From assembly GCA_913045265.1 (NCBI GenBank), contig CAJWQX010000008.1, positions 975 through 64,974 on the forward strand: a DNA stretch of 64,000 nt, in the 5' to 3' direction. The notes under the pieces are model-generated. The model was not told the DNA's origin. It saw only the letters and a list, made by a program, of their open reading frames with translations, and did not search any database. Shown here piece by piece: positions 13,474-24,681 of this stretch (positions are counted from its first letter, which is position 1; every line of letters begins with the position of its first letter). The position numbers were made by a program, and so were the translations under genes. Origin of the DNA: an uncultured Gammaproteobacteria bacterium. GTDB lineage: Bacteria; Pseudomonadota; Gammaproteobacteria; Pseudomonadales; Azotimanducaceae.

Positions 13474-14958
13474 ATGAACTACATATTGGCTATAGATCAG
13501 GGCACGTCGAGTTCGCGAGCAATTGTTTTCGACGACGTTGGCAATCCTGTTGGCGAAGGCAGTTGCCCCTTTGATCAAATTTTTCCGCGCGATGGCTGGG
13601 TCGAACAAGATCCCGAGGTTATTTGGAACACAACATTGAAAGCTGCACGCAATGCAATCGCGTCCTCACCGGTGGAGGCGTCGGGAATCGCTGCGATCGG
13701 CATTGCGAACCAAAGGGAAACAACGTTGCTTTGGGATGCAGAGTCGGGACAAGCCGTCCACAACGCGATCGTTTGGCAAGATCGCCGCACGGCAGAACGG
13801 TGCGTTCAAATGCAATCAGATGGGATGGCGACTACTGTCAACGACGTGACGGGTCTCGTCATCGATCCATATTTTTCAAGTACAAAAGTTGAATGGTTGC
13901 TTCGTGACCCCGAAGCACAGCGCTTAGCTAGGTCAGATCGGTTGCGATTCGGTACTGTCGACACGTTTCTAGTGTGGCGACTTACGGGAGGGCGGAGTCA
14001 TGCCACGGATGCCACCAATGCCGCTCGGACCCAGCTATTCGACATTACACGTCACGTTTGGAGCGATATTTTGTTGGACTATTTCGGGATTCCGGCCAGT
14101 TTGCTCCCGGAGGTCAAGGACAGTGTCGCAGACTACGGGAGGGCGGAAGCGCAGTGGTTTGGTGCCGAAATACCCATTTTTGGCATCGCCGGAGATCAAC
14201 AAGCGGCGCTCATCGGCCAGGGTTGTATTTCGCCGGGTATGGTGAAAAGTACGTACGGCACGGGTTGTTTTGTCATGGTAAATACCGGAACAAAGCGGGT
14301 GGACTCGACAACGGGATTGCTGACCACGATAGGTTACAGGGTTAATGGTCAGACCACGTTCGCGACGGAGGGCAGCATCTTTACGGCGGGGGCTGCAGTC
14401 AAATGGTTGCGCGACAAGTTAGGTTTGATCGGAAGCGCGGCGGAAACAGAGGAAATTGCATTGAAAACGGGCGGCGACACCAACGGTGTATATGTCGTAC
14501 CGGCCTTTACGGGCTTAGGGGCTCCGCATTGGCGACCGGATGCACGCGGAGTCATATCGGGATTAACTCTGGATTCAGGTGTGGACGAGATCGTGACCGC
14601 GACACTGTCGAGCATCGCATTTCAGACAATGGACTTATTTAATGCTTTTCGAACCGACGGAGTTGAACCGGAACAGGTGAGGATTGATGGAGGGATGGTC
14701 CAAAATAATTGGTTTTGTCAGTTCCTGTCCGATGTAACCGAATTGATCATGGAACGACCCAAGGTCACCGAGACCACGGCCTTGGGCGCTGGCTTGCTGG
14801 CTGCAATAGGGGCGGGGCTCATTAATCATCTAGGAGACGCGAGCACCCGTTGGACCGTTGACCAGCGGTTTACTCCAGCTATGGATGACGACGTCCGTTC
14901 GGAGCGTATAGCTGGTTGGCGACGTGCAGTTGCGCAGACGCTCGCAACTAACCTCTGA
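13474..14958 (+). CDS. glpK: Glycerol kinase
   Basis: 494 aa. The N-terminus YILAIDQGTSSSRAIVFD and the motifs NQRETTLLWD, GDQQAAL and TYGTGCF are typical FGGY-family GlpK signatures. Confidence 0.96.
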   Translation: MNYILAIDQGTSSSRAIVFDDVGNPVGEGSCPFDQIFPRDGWVEQDPEVIWNTTLKAARNAIASSPVEASGIAAIGIANQRETTLLWDAESGQAVHNAIVWQDRRTAERCVQMQSDGMATTVNDVTGLVIDPYFSSTKVEWLLRDPEAQRLARSDRLRFGTVDTFLVWRLTGGRSHATDATNAARTQLFDITRHVWSDILLDYFGIPASLLPEVKDSVADYGRAEAQWFGAEIPIFGIAGDQQAALIGQGCISPGMVKSTYGTGCFVMVNTGTKRVDSTTGLLTTIGYRVNGQTTFATEGSIFTAGAAVKWLRDKLGLIGSAAETEEIALKTGGDTNGVYVVPAFTGLGAPHWRPDARGVISGLTLDSGVDEIVTATLSSIAFQTMDLFNAFRTDGVEPEQVRIDGGMVQNNWFCQFLSDVTELIMERPKVTETTALGAGLLAAIGAGLINHLGDASTRWTVDQRFTPAMDDDVRSERIAGWRRAVAQTLATNL

Positions 14959-15002
14959 GGACCGTACTCGCTGCTTGATAGTCTTGGCAAGAATCCTCGA
15001 AG

Positions 15003-15902
15003 TTAGTTCAGCATAAATTCGAGTAGGGCTTTTTTAGAGTGCAGTCTGTTGCCCGTCTCCTCCCATACAACGGAACGCGGGTCTTCGAGTAGGTCATCAC
15101 TGATTTCTTCGCCTCGGTGTGCTGGAAGGCAGTGCATAAAGAGGACATTGGCATCTGCGCTGTCGAGTAAACCCGAGTTGACCTGAAATTCTTGGAAAGC
15201 TTCGTGACGCTCAACGCGTTCATTTTCTTGGCCCATGGACGACCACACATCGGTAACTACCAGATTGGCACCAGACACTGCTTCTTGGGGAGTAGAGACC
15301 CAACGTGCACGACTACTGCTATCGAGAAGTTGTTCATCTGGCCGAAATTTGGTGGGCGTCGAAATCGCCAAGTCGAAGTCGAACTGCTTCGAGGCAAGAA
15401 TGTAAGAGTTGCACATGTTGTGGCCGTCTCCTACGAAAGCAACCAATTGATCGCGAATAGACCCTCGTTTTTCGGCGAACGTTTGCATGTCTGCGAGGAG
15501 TTGACACGGATGGAAACGATTGCTCATACCATTGATTACTGGGACCGAAGATGCAGCCGCAAAGCTGCTTATATCGGCATGATCATGGACGCGCAGCATG
15601 ACGATATCGACCAATGACGAGAGTACGCGCGCCATGTCCGGTATAGACTCTCCCCGACCCAATTGAGTTTCATCGGGCCGAAGGAAAATGGCGTGGCCTC
15701 CAAGTTGGTACATGCCGGCTTCAAAAGCCACCCGTGTCCGAGTGGATTTGAGTTCGAAAATCATAGCCATGGTTTTGCCTTCGAGCGGCCGATGTCGAAT
15801 GCCCGAGTCGTGCAAACGTTTCAGTTCGGAAGCACGCTCGATAATTTGTTCGAGGTCCTCAGGAGAAAAGTCCATTAGGGATAAGAAATTCTTGACCGAC
15901 AT
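15003..15902 (-). CDS. argF: Ornithine carbamoyltransferase
   Basis: It has the carbamoyl-phosphate motif STRTR, then HPCQLLAD and HCLPAHRGEE. 299 aa. It lies directly downstream of argD. Confidence 0.9.
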   Translation of the reverse strand: MSVKNFLSLMDFSPEDLEQIIERASELKRLHDSGIRHRPLEGKTMAMIFELKSTRTRVAFEAGMYQLGGHAIFLRPDETQLGRGESIPDMARVLSSLVDIVMLRVHDHADISSFAAASSVPVINGMSNRFHPCQLLADMQTFAEKRGSIRDQLVAFVGDGHNMCNSYILASKQFDFDLAISTPTKFRPDEQLLDSSSRARWVSTPQEAVSGANLVVTDVWSSMGQENERVERHEAFQEFQVNSGLLDSADANVLFMHCLPAHRGEEISDDLLEDPRSVVWEETGNRLHSKKALLEFMLN

Positions 15903-15938
15903 CTACCTGCTACCTGCGACCCGCGTCCGATGGATTCT

Positions 15939-17120
15939 TTAGGAACCGGCTGTTTGAACGAGAGAAGTCACGATTTCGACAATTTCGTCAGCTTCGTCAT
16001 CCGTTAGATTCAAGGGCGGAAGTAGCCGTAGAACCGTGTCAGTAGTCACGTTCAACAGTAGTCTTTTTGATAACGCCTGTTGGATTAGATCCGTGCAGGG
16101 CTTATCGAGCTCAATCGCGATCATCATGCCTTTTCCCCGGATGTCACGAACGTGGTTGAGTCCTGCAAGTTGTTTGACCAGTGCGTTTTTAATGCGTTCA
16201 CCGAGTTCGGCCGCGCGTTCTATAACGCCGCCATCCGTGAGCTCAGTGACTACGGCTAAAGCGGCCGCGCACGAGAGTGGGTTACCACCAAATGTAGAGC
16301 CATGTGTTCCGGCAACGAGTGTTTCAGCCGCGGTACCGCGTGCCAAACAAGCCCCGATAGGAACACCGTTCCCTAGCCCTTTGGCCGTCGTTAGGACGTC
16401 GGGCAATATATTCGTATGTTGATACGCAAAGTAGCGGCCCGTCCTGCCGTTACCGGTTTGGACCTCATCAAGGATTAGCAGCCAGTCGTGGTCGTCACAG
16501 ATTTCTCGCAACTTGGGAAGGTAATCGTCAGCGGGAATTAGCACTCCCCCCTCTCCCAAAATCGGTTCCACAAAAATGGCGACAACGCCATTATTGTTTG
16601 TGGCGATATTGGTGATTGCCGGTATGTCGTCGTAGGGCGCCCGTAGAAAGCCTCCAAGCAACGGTTCGAAACTCGCTTGGACCTTTCGATTACCCGTCGC
16701 CGTGAGCGTTGCCATTGTGCGTCCATGAAAACTGCCTTCCATCACAATCACCTGGGGGTTTTTGATCCCGCGTTCATTGCCGTAGCGACGAGCAATTTTC
16801 AACGCTGCTTCGTTTGCCTCCGCGCCTGAATTGGCGAAGAAAACGTTGTCCATGCCAGAAATTTCACAAAGGCGATCGGCAAGTTGTGTTTGTAGAGGGA
16901 TCTCGTAGAGATTCGACGTATGTAATAAGGTTTCAGCTTGCCGTTGGATCGCATCAGTGACCGCAGGATGAGCGTGCCCCAGCCCACAAACCGCGATACC
17001 GGCGAGCGCATCGAGATAACGGATCCCATCGGCATCGAACAGGCATGCGCCCTCACCACGTTCGAAAGATACGGGTAAGCGCCCATAGGTGGGCATTATT
17101 GTGGGTACGCTCGACATCAT
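15939..17120 (-). CDS. argD: Acetylornithine aminotransferase (class III PLP aminotransferase)
   Basis: MPTYGRLPVSFERGEG, NSGAEANEAALK, DEVQTG..RTG and TTAKGLGNG (PLP lysine) are present. I trimmed the start to the ATG pair at 17120/17117, preceded by GGAGG. The ORF track's start at 17198 overlaps the upstream gene. Confidence 0.88.
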   Translation of the reverse strand: MMSSVPTIMPTYGRLPVSFERGEGACLFDADGIRYLDALAGIAVCGLGHAHPAVTDAIQRQAETLLHTSNLYEIPLQTQLADRLCEISGMDNVFFANSGAEANEAALKIARRYGNERGIKNPQVIVMEGSFHGRTMATLTATGNRKVQASFEPLLGGFLRAPYDDIPAITNIATNNNGVVAIFVEPILGEGGVLIPADDYLPKLREICDDHDWLLILDEVQTGNGRTGRYFAYQHTNILPDVLTTAKGLGNGVPIGACLARGTAAETLVAGTHGSTFGGNPLSCAAALAVVTELTDGGVIERAAELGERIKNALVKQLAGLNHVRDIRGKGMMIAIELDKPCTDLIQQALSKRLLLNVTTDTVLRLLPPLNLTDDEADEIVEIVTSLVQTAGS

Positions 17121-17194
17121 CTTGCCTCCAAAACAAACGCGGGCAGCGCTTGCTGCCCGTGAAACGAACGATATTAGTCGAGGGGGCTTTCCTG

Positions 17195-18343
17195 TCAAGG
17201 CCTCATATTGCAGGACGAAGCGGCCTTTTTTAATCTTGCGATACCTTCCAATAGTAGGTCGCGGGGACAGGCAAAATTAAATCGCACGAATCCCTCACCA
17301 TTGAAATCGACACCGTTCGAAAAGCCGAGCCCGTGGTTTTCGAAGAAACTGGCGGGATCGTCTATCTGCAGTGATCTAGCATCGATCCAACCGAGGTAGG
17401 TGCCTTCCACGTGAGCCATTGCAAGGCCAGGTATTTCTTCCACACAACTTTCGAGTAAGTCCCGGTTGACTCGAAGGTATGCGAGGAGATCGTTAACCCA
17501 CGACGATTGGTCGAGAAACGTCGCCAAAGTGGCAGTGTATGCAAGCGGCGATATGTGGGACACGAGGCCGGTCGTCGCGTCGACGAATCGTTCGCGCAGC
17601 GTGGGATCGGGAATTACTCCGAGAGCACAGTTAACGCCGGCTATGTTGTACGTTTTAGTTGAAGCGATGAGCGTTATTGTCGTGTGCGCGAATTCTTCAC
17701 TGATACTTGCTATAGGCGTGTGGCTGCGATGTTCATCAAGCACGATACCCCAGTGAATTTCATCGCTCACAACGACTACGTCGTTGGCTAGGCAGATATT
17801 CGCGAGCTTCGAGAGCTCGTTTTCAGAATAGACACGGCCTGTTGGGTTTTGGGGGTTTGAGAGAAGCAGCCCGCTCGCCAAACGGGCTTTGTCCCCGATG
17901 TCGGCGAAATCCATGATCCACTTTTCGCCGTCGTAAAGTAACGGGGAACGAAGAATATGCTTGTCCGAGTTCTCAGGCACTGCCAAGAATGGCGGATAGA
18001 CGGGCGTCATTATGATGAGAGCATCGTTGTCGGAGCCGATTGCCCGACTTGCGATGTTCAAACCAGGCACTACGCCGGGGATCCAGATTAACCAATCAGG
18101 ATCCACCTTCCAGTTGAAATGGAGCCAAAACCACTTACACGCGGCGTCGACAAGTTCCGACTGGGGCTCCGCGTAGCCGAGGATGCCGTGATCAATCCGT
18201 TCGTGAAGTGCCTCCAAAACGAAATCAGGTGCCGCGAAATCCATGTCTGCGACCCAAAACGGGATCACGTCATGGTCTTGGTATTTGTTCCATTTTGTGC
18301 TGTCGCCGCTAGCGCGATCAATCCTTATGCTGAAGTCGGGCAT
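17195..18343 (-). CDS. MalY/PatB-type PLP-dependent C-S lyase (cystathionine beta-lyase family)
   Basis: STKWNKY, PFWVADMDF, SNPQNPTG and ASTKTYNIAG (PLP lysine) are characteristic of the PatB/MalY aminotransferase class I/II subgroup. Confidence 0.8.
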   Translation of the reverse strand: MPDFSIRIDRASGDSTKWNKYQDHDVIPFWVADMDFAAPDFVLEALHERIDHGILGYAEPQSELVDAACKWFWLHFNWKVDPDWLIWIPGVVPGLNIASRAIGSDNDALIIMTPVYPPFLAVPENSDKHILRSPLLYDGEKWIMDFADIGDKARLASGLLLSNPQNPTGRVYSENELSKLANICLANDVVVVSDEIHWGIVLDEHRSHTPIASISEEFAHTTITLIASTKTYNIAGVNCALGVIPDPTLRERFVDATTGLVSHISPLAYTATLATFLDQSSWVNDLLAYLRVNRDLLESCVEEIPGLAMAHVEGTYLGWIDARSLQIDDPASFFENHGLGFSNGVDFNGEGFVRFNFACPRDLLLEGIARLKKAASSCNMRP

Positions 18344-18409
18344 GGCGGTTTAATTGAGTTAATCCTACAATGCTCTTTGAAGCCACGAGTGAGCAGAGGT
18401 GGGTGTCCA

Positions 18410-18754
18410 ATGAGCGAAGACGTATTAACAACGATCCGCGAACAAATTGATAGCAATCGAATCCTTCTTTATATGAAGGGCTCGCCGCAAGCGCCGCAGT
18501 GTGGTTTTTCTGCGCAGACGGTACAGTGTTTGATGTCGTGCGAACAGCGCTTTGCGTACATCGACATACTCAGTAATCCGGAGATCAGAGCAACGTTGCC
18601 CCAGTACGCGGATTGGCCGACGTTCCCTCAGCTATGGGTGAATGGGGAACTGATCGGCGGGTGCGATATTGTGACCGAAATGCACGAAGCTGGAGAACTC
18701 GAACCACTGGTTCGAGAGGCTGCCGCCTTGGAATCTGATTCAACCAACGCCTAA
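18410..18754 (+). CDS. grxD: Monothiol (Grx4-type) glutaredoxin
   Basis: The ATG at 18410 gives a 114-aa protein with the CGFS active site (KGSPQAPQCGFS) and WPTFPQLWVNGELIGGCDI. The upstream part of the 211-aa ORF is antisense to the C-S lyase gene and was discarded. Confidence 0.93.
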   Translation: MSEDVLTTIREQIDSNRILLYMKGSPQAPQCGFSAQTVQCLMSCEQRFAYIDILSNPEIRATLPQYADWPTFPQLWVNGELIGGCDIVTEMHEAGELEPLVREAAALESDSTNA

Positions 18755-18765
18755 TCCTCTCCCCA

Positions 18766-19365
18766 TTAAAATGGGAGTTCAAATCCGGACGCATTGACAA
18801 TGCGGCAAAATAGAGCTGCCGTGGCTTCGGCGTCGTATACGGCGTCGTGGGCATATTCTTCGTCAAAGTCGATGCTGGCGCGGGCACATGCTTCACTGAG
18901 GACCGTGTGACCGAAGGCGACCGCAGCAAGAGAGGCCGTGTCGATGACGCTGAACGGATGGAACGGATTACGTTTGATGTTGTTGCGTTCGCTGCCTGTC
19001 GCAAGGAAGCCATGGTCGAAGTGTCCATTGTGAGCGGTCACAATGGCCCGCTGGCAATGGGCGTCGCGAACGGCCCGCCGTACGACGCGAAAACATTCTT
19101 GTAGCGCCTCGCCCTCGCTTATCGCGTCGCGATCTGGGTCGTTTAAGTCGATTCCCGTGACCTGCAAAGAAGCTTCTTCCACGCCCATGTCGGCATGAGG
19201 GATTAGATTCCAGACGTGAGTACTCGCCGGATGAAGTTGATCGTCGTCCCAGTCGAGTAAAACGATAGCGATTTGGAGTAAAGCGTGGCGCGACCGATCG
19301 AATCCTCCGGTTTCGACATCAATGACAACGGGTAGGTAGCTGCGAAAACGCGCGTTCAACTCCAT
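18766..19365 (-). CDS. rnt: Ribonuclease T (DEDDh exonuclease)
   Basis: RFRSYLPVVIDVETGGF, the AHNGHFD motif and the HDAVYDA motif match RNase T and its usual length (199 aa). Confidence 0.9.
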   Translation of the reverse strand: MELNARFRSYLPVVIDVETGGFDRSRHALLQIAIVLLDWDDDQLHPASTHVWNLIPHADMGVEEASLQVTGIDLNDPDRDAISEGEALQECFRVVRRAVRDAHCQRAIVTAHNGHFDHGFLATGSERNNIKRNPFHPFSVIDTASLAAVAFGHTVLSEACARASIDFDEEYAHDAVYDAEATAALFCRIVNASGFELPF

Positions 19366-19520
19366 CGGCCAAGACTACCAGTTTGACGAGGTGCGTATTC
19401 CATCCATCACTCGTTTGGCGCGCGATCTTTTAGAAGTGGTGTATACGGGCGTTTGCTGATTGGTTGCGCATATAGGGGCGTAGCGAGGTAAACTCCGCGT
19501 CTTTTTTCGCGGACGAGACG

Positions 19521-20738
19521 ATGAAAGAAAAAATAGTTCTCTCGTATTCCGGTGGGCTCGACACGTCTGTGATTTGCCGATGGCTACAGGAGACATACGA
19601 TGCTGAAGTGATCACGTTCACCGCCGACATAGGCCAGGGCGAAGAGATAGAAGCCGCACGCGCCAAGGCCGAGGCCATGGGTGTTGACAAGATCTTCGTT
19701 GAAGACCTTACCGAAACCTTTGCTCGGGATTACGTTTTTCCTATGTTCCGAGCAAATACAATTTATGAGGGGGAATACTTGCTTGGAACCAGTATTGCCC
19801 GCCCATTGATTGCAAAAAGATTAGTCGAGATCGCGCGCGAAACCGGCGCGGAGGCCGTAGCGCACGGAGCAACAGGCAAAGGGAACGATCAAGTGCGGTT
19901 CGAGTTTGGCGCGTACGCACTAGATCCTGACATTCGCGTTATCGCGCCGCATCGAGAGTGGGAAATCAATTCCCGTGAAGCACTGATGGAATATTGTAGA
20001 AAACACGCGATTCCAGTCGATTACGAGCAGTCAGGTGAATCGCCGTACTCGATGGACGCTAATCTCTTGCACATTTCATACGAAGGAGGGATTTTAGAAG
20101 ACCCGGGCACCGCACCCAATGAAGACATGTGGCGATTGACGGTTTCGCCAGAGGATGCTCCCGATGAACCCCAGTCTATCGAGATCGCGTATCAAAACGG
20201 AGACGCGGTTGCGGTCAACGGAGAGTCGCTGACACCGGCAGGCGTGATTCGGCTGCTCAATGAGATCGGCGGGCGCCATGGTGTAGGACGCAGCGACATT
20301 GTCGAAAATCGTTATGTCGGCATGAAATCCAGGGGATGTTATGAGACGCCGGGCGGTACGATCCTGTTGAAAGCGCACCGGGCGATGGAGTCGATCACGA
20401 TGGATCGCGAGGTCATGCATCTACGCGATGAATTGATGCCACGTTATGCGCGAATGATCTACAACGGTTTTTGGTGGTCGCCCGAGCGCTGCGTCATGCA
20501 GGCTCTGATTGATGCGTCACAAAATGCTGTTAGTGGTTCTGTCAAACTGAAGTTATACAAGGGCGGTGTTTACGTCATTGGGCGCTCATCGACGACGGAC
20601 AGCCTTTATGACGTCGATATCGTGACGTTTGACGAGGATGCGGGTGCTTACGAGCAATCTGATGCCACGGGATTTATTCGCTTGAACGCGCTCCGACTTC
20701 GCCTTGCCGCGCGGCGCGGACGAAACCGACAGAAGTAA
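19521..20738 (+). CDS. argG: Argininosuccinate synthase
   Basis: The N-terminus [14 protein letters not shown] (PP-loop) and the motifs [15 protein letters not shown] and [19 protein letters not shown] are present. 405 aa. Confidence 0.97.
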   Translation: MKEKIVLSYSGGLDTSVICRWLQETYDAEVITFTADIGQGEEIEAARAKAEAMGVDKIFVEDLTETFARDYVFPMFRANTIYEGEYLLGTSIARPLIAKRLVEIARETGAEAVAHGATGKGNDQVRFEFGAYALDPDIRVIAPHREWEINSREALMEYCRKHAIPVDYEQSGESPYSMDANLLHISYEGGILEDPGTAPNEDMWRLTVSPEDAPDEPQSIEIAYQNGDAVAVNGESLTPAGVIRLLNEIGGRHGVGRSDIVENRYVGMKSRGCYETPGGTILLKAHRAMESITMDREVMHLRDELMPRYARMIYNGFWWSPERCVMQALIDASQNAVSGSVKLKLYKGGVYVIGRSSTTDSLYDVDIVTFDEDAGAYEQSDATGFIRLNALRLRLAARRGRNRQK

Positions 20739-20824
20739 AGAATGGCATAAGGAATAGAACAGCATGGAATAGGGCGGGTGAACTCAATGAGGCGTCGGTT
20801 GGACGACTCGATAACCGTACGCGT

Positions 20825-21463
20825 TCACTCGTACTCGGTTTTGTCTTTGAATTCGCACAGATCTTCGATAACGCACGCCCCGCATCGCGGTTTGCGAGCG
20901 ACGCAAACGTAACGACCGTGCAAGATTAGCCAGTGGTGTGCGCCCTGTTTGTAGTCGTTTGGGACGACGCGGATGAGGCGATCTTCGACTTCGCGAACAT
21001 TTTTTCCCGGCGCGAGATTGATGCGGTTGGAAATCCGGAAAATGTGGGTGTCGACCGCGATCGTGGGTTGGCCGAACGCGGTATTGAGAATGACGTTGGC
21101 CGTTTTTCGACCAACCCCGGGTAGCGCTTCAAGTGACGGGCGATCCTTCGGAACCAGACCACTATGTTCGTCGATCAGGATTTGACAGGTCTTTAGAATG
21201 TTCTCGGCCTTCGTATTGAACAACCCGATCGACTTGATAAAGCTTTTTAATCGACGGATTCCGAGATGGTGTACCGCTTCGGGATTATTTGCTGCAGCGA
21301 ACAGTTTTTTAGTCGCTAAGTTGACGCTAACGTCCGTGGCTTGTGCCGAAAGAATCACCGCGATCAGTAGTTCGAAGGGCGTTTGATATCGCAGCTCAGT
21401 CTCTGGTTTCGGGGTCGCTTCTTTAAGCCGTTCAAAAATAGCGATGCGCTTCGCCTTGTTCAT
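20825..21463 (-). CDS. nth: Endonuclease III
   Basis: From the ATG at 21463 (MNKAKRIAIFERL) the protein is collinear with E. coli Nth. It has the HhH-GPD motif LPGVGRKTANV and the Fe-S cluster loop CVARKPRCGACVIEDLC. Confidence 0.95.
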   Translation of the reverse strand: MNKAKRIAIFERLKEATPKPETELRYQTPFELLIAVILSAQATDVSVNLATKKLFAAANNPEAVHHLGIRRLKSFIKSIGLFNTKAENILKTCQILIDEHSGLVPKDRPSLEALPGVGRKTANVILNTAFGQPTIAVDTHIFRISNRINLAPGKNVREVEDRLIRVVPNDYKQGAHHWLILHGRYVCVARKPRCGACVIEDLCEFKDKTEYE

Positions 21464-21559
21464 ATCGCGCCATCCATGCGGTTTATCAGGCCGAGAAATT
21501 CGATCATAAGACCCTCCGGCAACATGATCGCGCGTAACACGAACAGTTGGCACGATTTC

Positions 21560-23539
21560 TCAGGTTATTCGGGTTCCTGGTTCGGCCCCTGTGTCAACAG
21601 AAATCAAAAAGATTTCGCTGTCGCCGTTTGCAGCAGCGAGCACCATTCCTTCTGATGTCCCAAAGCGCATTTCACGTGACTCGAGGTTGGCAACAACTAC
21701 CGTGAGCCTCCCCACTAGGTCCTTTGGAGCGTAAGCTAACTTGATGCCGGAAAACACTGTTCGGTGATGGTCGCCCACGTCGAGCGTTAGGCGAAGTAAC
21801 TTGTCGGCCCCATCGACGGATTCAGCAGATACGATTCTTGCTACTCTTAAATCGATTTGCTCGAAGTCGTCGATCGTAATCATAGGGTTCTCCCCAGTTT
21901 CAACGTGATCTTCGCGCGATTCGTCGACCATCGCATCGACGGCTCGTCTGTCGATACGTTTGAAAAGAGGTTCAAAAACATTAATCCGATGATTGACTAG
22001 AGGCGTACCGATATCGGCCCAGCCCAGCTCGTCGCATGCTAGAAATTTTTCTGACTGTTTGGCCAGGCGAGGCAAAATGGGCTTCAAGTAGATCACCAGG
22101 ATTCGGTACATGTTGATGCCGAGAGAACAAATGGCTTGAATTTGTTTCTCTTGTCCGGTCGTTTTAGCGAGTTCCCATGGGGCGTGGTTTGCAATGTATT
22201 GATTCGCTCGGTCTGCCAGTGAGGCGACTTCGCGCACAACTCGATTGGTATCACTTGTCTCATATAGCTGCCCGATGGTCTCCTGCGCGTCAACGAATAC
22301 TTGCAGCAGGCGCGTGTCGTGAATAGATGGCGCAAGCGTGGATTCGGTGGATTGATTGATGAAGCCTGCGCAGCGTGAGGCAATGTTTACGATTTTGCCG
22401 ACGAGGTCGGAATTTACTCGCTGCACGAAATCTTCCCAATTGATATCGATATCATCGTTGTTGGGGGACAGTTTTGTCGCGTAGTAGTACCGCAGATACT
22501 CGGGTTCGAGATGAGCCAGATACGTTCTTGCGTTAATGAACGTCCCGCGAGACTTCGACATTTTCCTACCTTCGACCGTTATAAATCCGTGCGAATGGAT
22601 ACGGGTGGGTAAACGAAAGCCCGAAGCGTTTAATACCGCTGGCCAAAAGAGAGCATGAAAATTGACGATATCCTTACCGATAAAGTGGTGGACTTCAGTG
22701 TCGCTGTCGCTGGCCCAGAATTCTTCGAAGTTGAGATCGTTTTCGTCACAGTAGTTGCTAAAACTGGCCATGTACCCAATAGGCGCATCCATCCAGACAT
22801 AGAAGTATTTATCCGTACCGGGGATAAGAAACCCGAAATAGGGAGCGTCGCGACTTATATCCCAAGCTTTTAGGCCCGCGTCCAACCATTCCCTCAGTTT
22901 GTTTGCGACTTCAGATTGGACTGTTTCCGTCGAGATCCACCCTTCGAGGAAATCTTTAAATTGAGCTAGATCAAAAAAATGATGCGTCGAAGATTGCAGC
23001 GTTGGCGTAGCACCCGAAAGAAGGGACCGCGGTTCACCAAGTTCGGTTGCATCGTAAGTCGCACCGCAGGCTTCGCAGTTGTCACCGTACTGATCGTCAA
23101 TCCCGCATTGGGGGCAGGTCCCTTTGACGTACCGGTCCGCTAAAAACAGCTGCTTTTCTGGGTCATAAAGTTGTTCTACTTCTTTGGTAAAGATGTACCC
23201 CGCGTTCTTTAACCGTTCGTAGATCAATGCCGAGTAGTGTTCGTTTTCTGGAGAATGCGTGGAATGGTAATTGTCGTGTTGTACGAGAAAATCTTTAAAG
23301 TCTTCTATGTGATCTATCCGAACTTGGCCAATGAGTTGCTCAGCAGAGATCCCGAGTTCCTCGGCTTTCAGCATCGTCCCCGTACCGTGGGTGTCGTCGG
23401 CACATACGTAGAGGCACTCGTTGCCTTGTAACCGCTGATAACGGACCCAAATGTCCGTTTGGATGTGTTCGAGCAAATGACCGAGATGTATTGCGCCGTT
23501 GGCGTTAGGCAGCGCGCTCGTTGCAAGAATTCGCCGCAT
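21560..23539 (-). CDS. metG: Methionyl-tRNA synthetase with a C-terminal tRNA-binding (Trbp111-like) domain
   Basis: It has the HIGH-type motif HLGH, the zinc knuckle CPQCG...CEACG, KMSKS, and a C-terminal [12 protein letters not shown]...[11 protein letters not shown]. Confidence 0.97.
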   Translation of the reverse strand: MRRILATSALPNANGAIHLGHLLEHIQTDIWVRYQRLQGNECLYVCADDTHGTGTMLKAEELGISAEQLIGQVRIDHIEDFKDFLVQHDNYHSTHSPENEHYSALIYERLKNAGYIFTKEVEQLYDPEKQLFLADRYVKGTCPQCGIDDQYGDNCEACGATYDATELGEPRSLLSGATPTLQSSTHHFFDLAQFKDFLEGWISTETVQSEVANKLREWLDAGLKAWDISRDAPYFGFLIPGTDKYFYVWMDAPIGYMASFSNYCDENDLNFEEFWASDSDTEVHHFIGKDIVNFHALFWPAVLNASGFRLPTRIHSHGFITVEGRKMSKSRGTFINARTYLAHLEPEYLRYYYATKLSPNNDDIDINWEDFVQRVNSDLVGKIVNIASRCAGFINQSTESTLAPSIHDTRLLQVFVDAQETIGQLYETSDTNRVVREVASLADRANQYIANHAPWELAKTTGQEKQIQAICSLGINMYRILVIYLKPILPRLAKQSEKFLACDELGWADIGTPLVNHRINVFEPLFKRIDRRAVDAMVDESREDHVETGENPMITIDDFEQIDLRVARIVSAESVDGADKLLRLTLDVGDHHRTVFSGIKLAYAPKDLVGRLTVVVANLESREMRFGTSEGMVLAAANGDSEIFLISVDTGAEPGTRIT

Positions 23540-23643
23540 GATTGAGAGATCCGACTCTTACGGTGTGCGTTTCCGTGCGTACAAAGGCACGGTTGTTGGT
23601 GGCGCACTATATAATGCTGAGTCGATTCGGGCGAGTAACTTAT

Positions 23644-24681
23644 ATGGGGAAATCACTAGAGACATTTCTAGATCCAATCGTGAATGTCAGTTGGCGCGAG
23701 CTTGGGGCGATCCAGCGTGCCGCGAAATTGGATGGGAAATGGCATGTCCTGATTGAACTTGGATACCCGGTGGAAGGCTTGACGAAAGCGTACGCTGCTG
23801 CGCTCGAAAATTGGATGGAAGACGAAATCGTTCTGGAATTGAAATTCAGGGTGCCTCCTTCTCATGCTTTGCCTGGGGCGAGTAATGTCATTGCCGTCGC
23901 TTCGGGAAAGGGTGGTGTGGGCAAATCAACTACAGCCGTTAACTTGGCCGTGGCTTTAGATCGAGCCGGAGCAAAGGTGGGTATTTTGGATGCGGATATA
24001 TATGGGCCCAGTCAGGGAATCATGTTGGGGATTCGAGAAGGTCAGCGACCAGAAATAAGAAATGAGAACGAGTTTGTGCCGATTCGATGCCACGGTATTG
24101 AAGCGATATCCATGAGCATGCTCATAACGGACAAAACCCCGATGGTTTGGCGTGGACCGATGGCGTCGGGCGCGCTGCAGCAATTGTTGCAACAAACTGC
24201 GTGGAGTGATCTGGACTATCTCATCGTCGACATGCCACCAGGAACCGGAGATATTCAACTGACCCTTTCACAACAAGTTTCGGTTGGCGGTGCGGTTATC
24301 GTAACAACGCCTCAGGAGATCGCGTTGGCGGACGCACGCAAGGGTATCGAGATGTTCCGTAAAGTTTCGGTACCGATAATCGGGGTAGTCGAAAATATGA
24401 GCTACTTTGTGTGCGACGGCTGCGATCGTAAACACGCATTGTTCGGCGACGGAGGAGGCGAGCGGGTGGCGGCAGAGTACGGAACGTCGTTACTCGGAGA
24501 GTTCCCGTTAGATCCGGCGATTCGAGAACAGACCGATGCGGGCGTGCCGATTGTCGCATTTGACAATGCTTCGCCGATGTCCCTCCTCTATATGGACTGC
24601 GCGCGGCGAACCGCCGCCGGACTTTGGCTGATTAGTCGAGATAAAGCGCCAACGCCGACTCTGTCTATGGACGATCAATGA
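23644..24681 (+). CDS. apbC: Fe-S cluster carrier ATPase Mrp/ApbC
   Basis: It has the deviant Walker [20 protein letters not shown] and the CxxC pair FVCDGCD. It is divergent from metG, as in many gammaproteobacteria. I chose the ATG at 23644 over the longer ORF-track start. Confidence 0.9.
   Translation: MGKSLETFLDPIVNVSWRELGAIQRAAKLDGKWHVLIELGYPVEGLTKAYAAALENWMEDEIVLELKFRVPPSHALPGASNVIAVASGKGGVGKSTTAVNLAVALDRAGAKVGILDADIYGPSQGIMLGIREGQRPEIRNENEFVPIRCHGIEAISMSMLITDKTPMVWRGPMASGALQQLLQQTAWSDLDYLIVDMPPGTGDIQLTLSQQVSVGGAVIVTTPQEIALADARKGIEMFRKVSVPIIGVVENMSYFVCDGCDRKHALFGDGGGERVAAEYGTSLLGEFPLDPAIREQTDAGVPIVAFDNASPMSLLYMDCARRTAAGLWLISRDKAPTPTLSMDDQ

Noticed and set aside
18119-18409. N-terminal extensions in the ORF track for grxD. 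Comparable extensions appear for nth (21464-21553), apbC (23542-23643), rnhB (46745-46801), eno (54696-54788), recA (62128-62199), argD (17121-17198) and mnmC (32789-32887).
   Set aside because: The extensions overlap neighbouring genes or promoter elements and have no homology to the respective families. In each case an internal ATG with a plausible Shine-Dalgarno sequence reproduces the canonical N-terminus.
19495-19512. The hairpin CCGCG-tctttttt-CGCGG, 9 nt upstream of the argG ATG, considered as an attenuator or riboswitch fragment.
   Set aside because: The stem is only 5 bp and the T-tract is in the loop rather than trailing. No alternative structure or leader peptide is visible. It is too weak to call.
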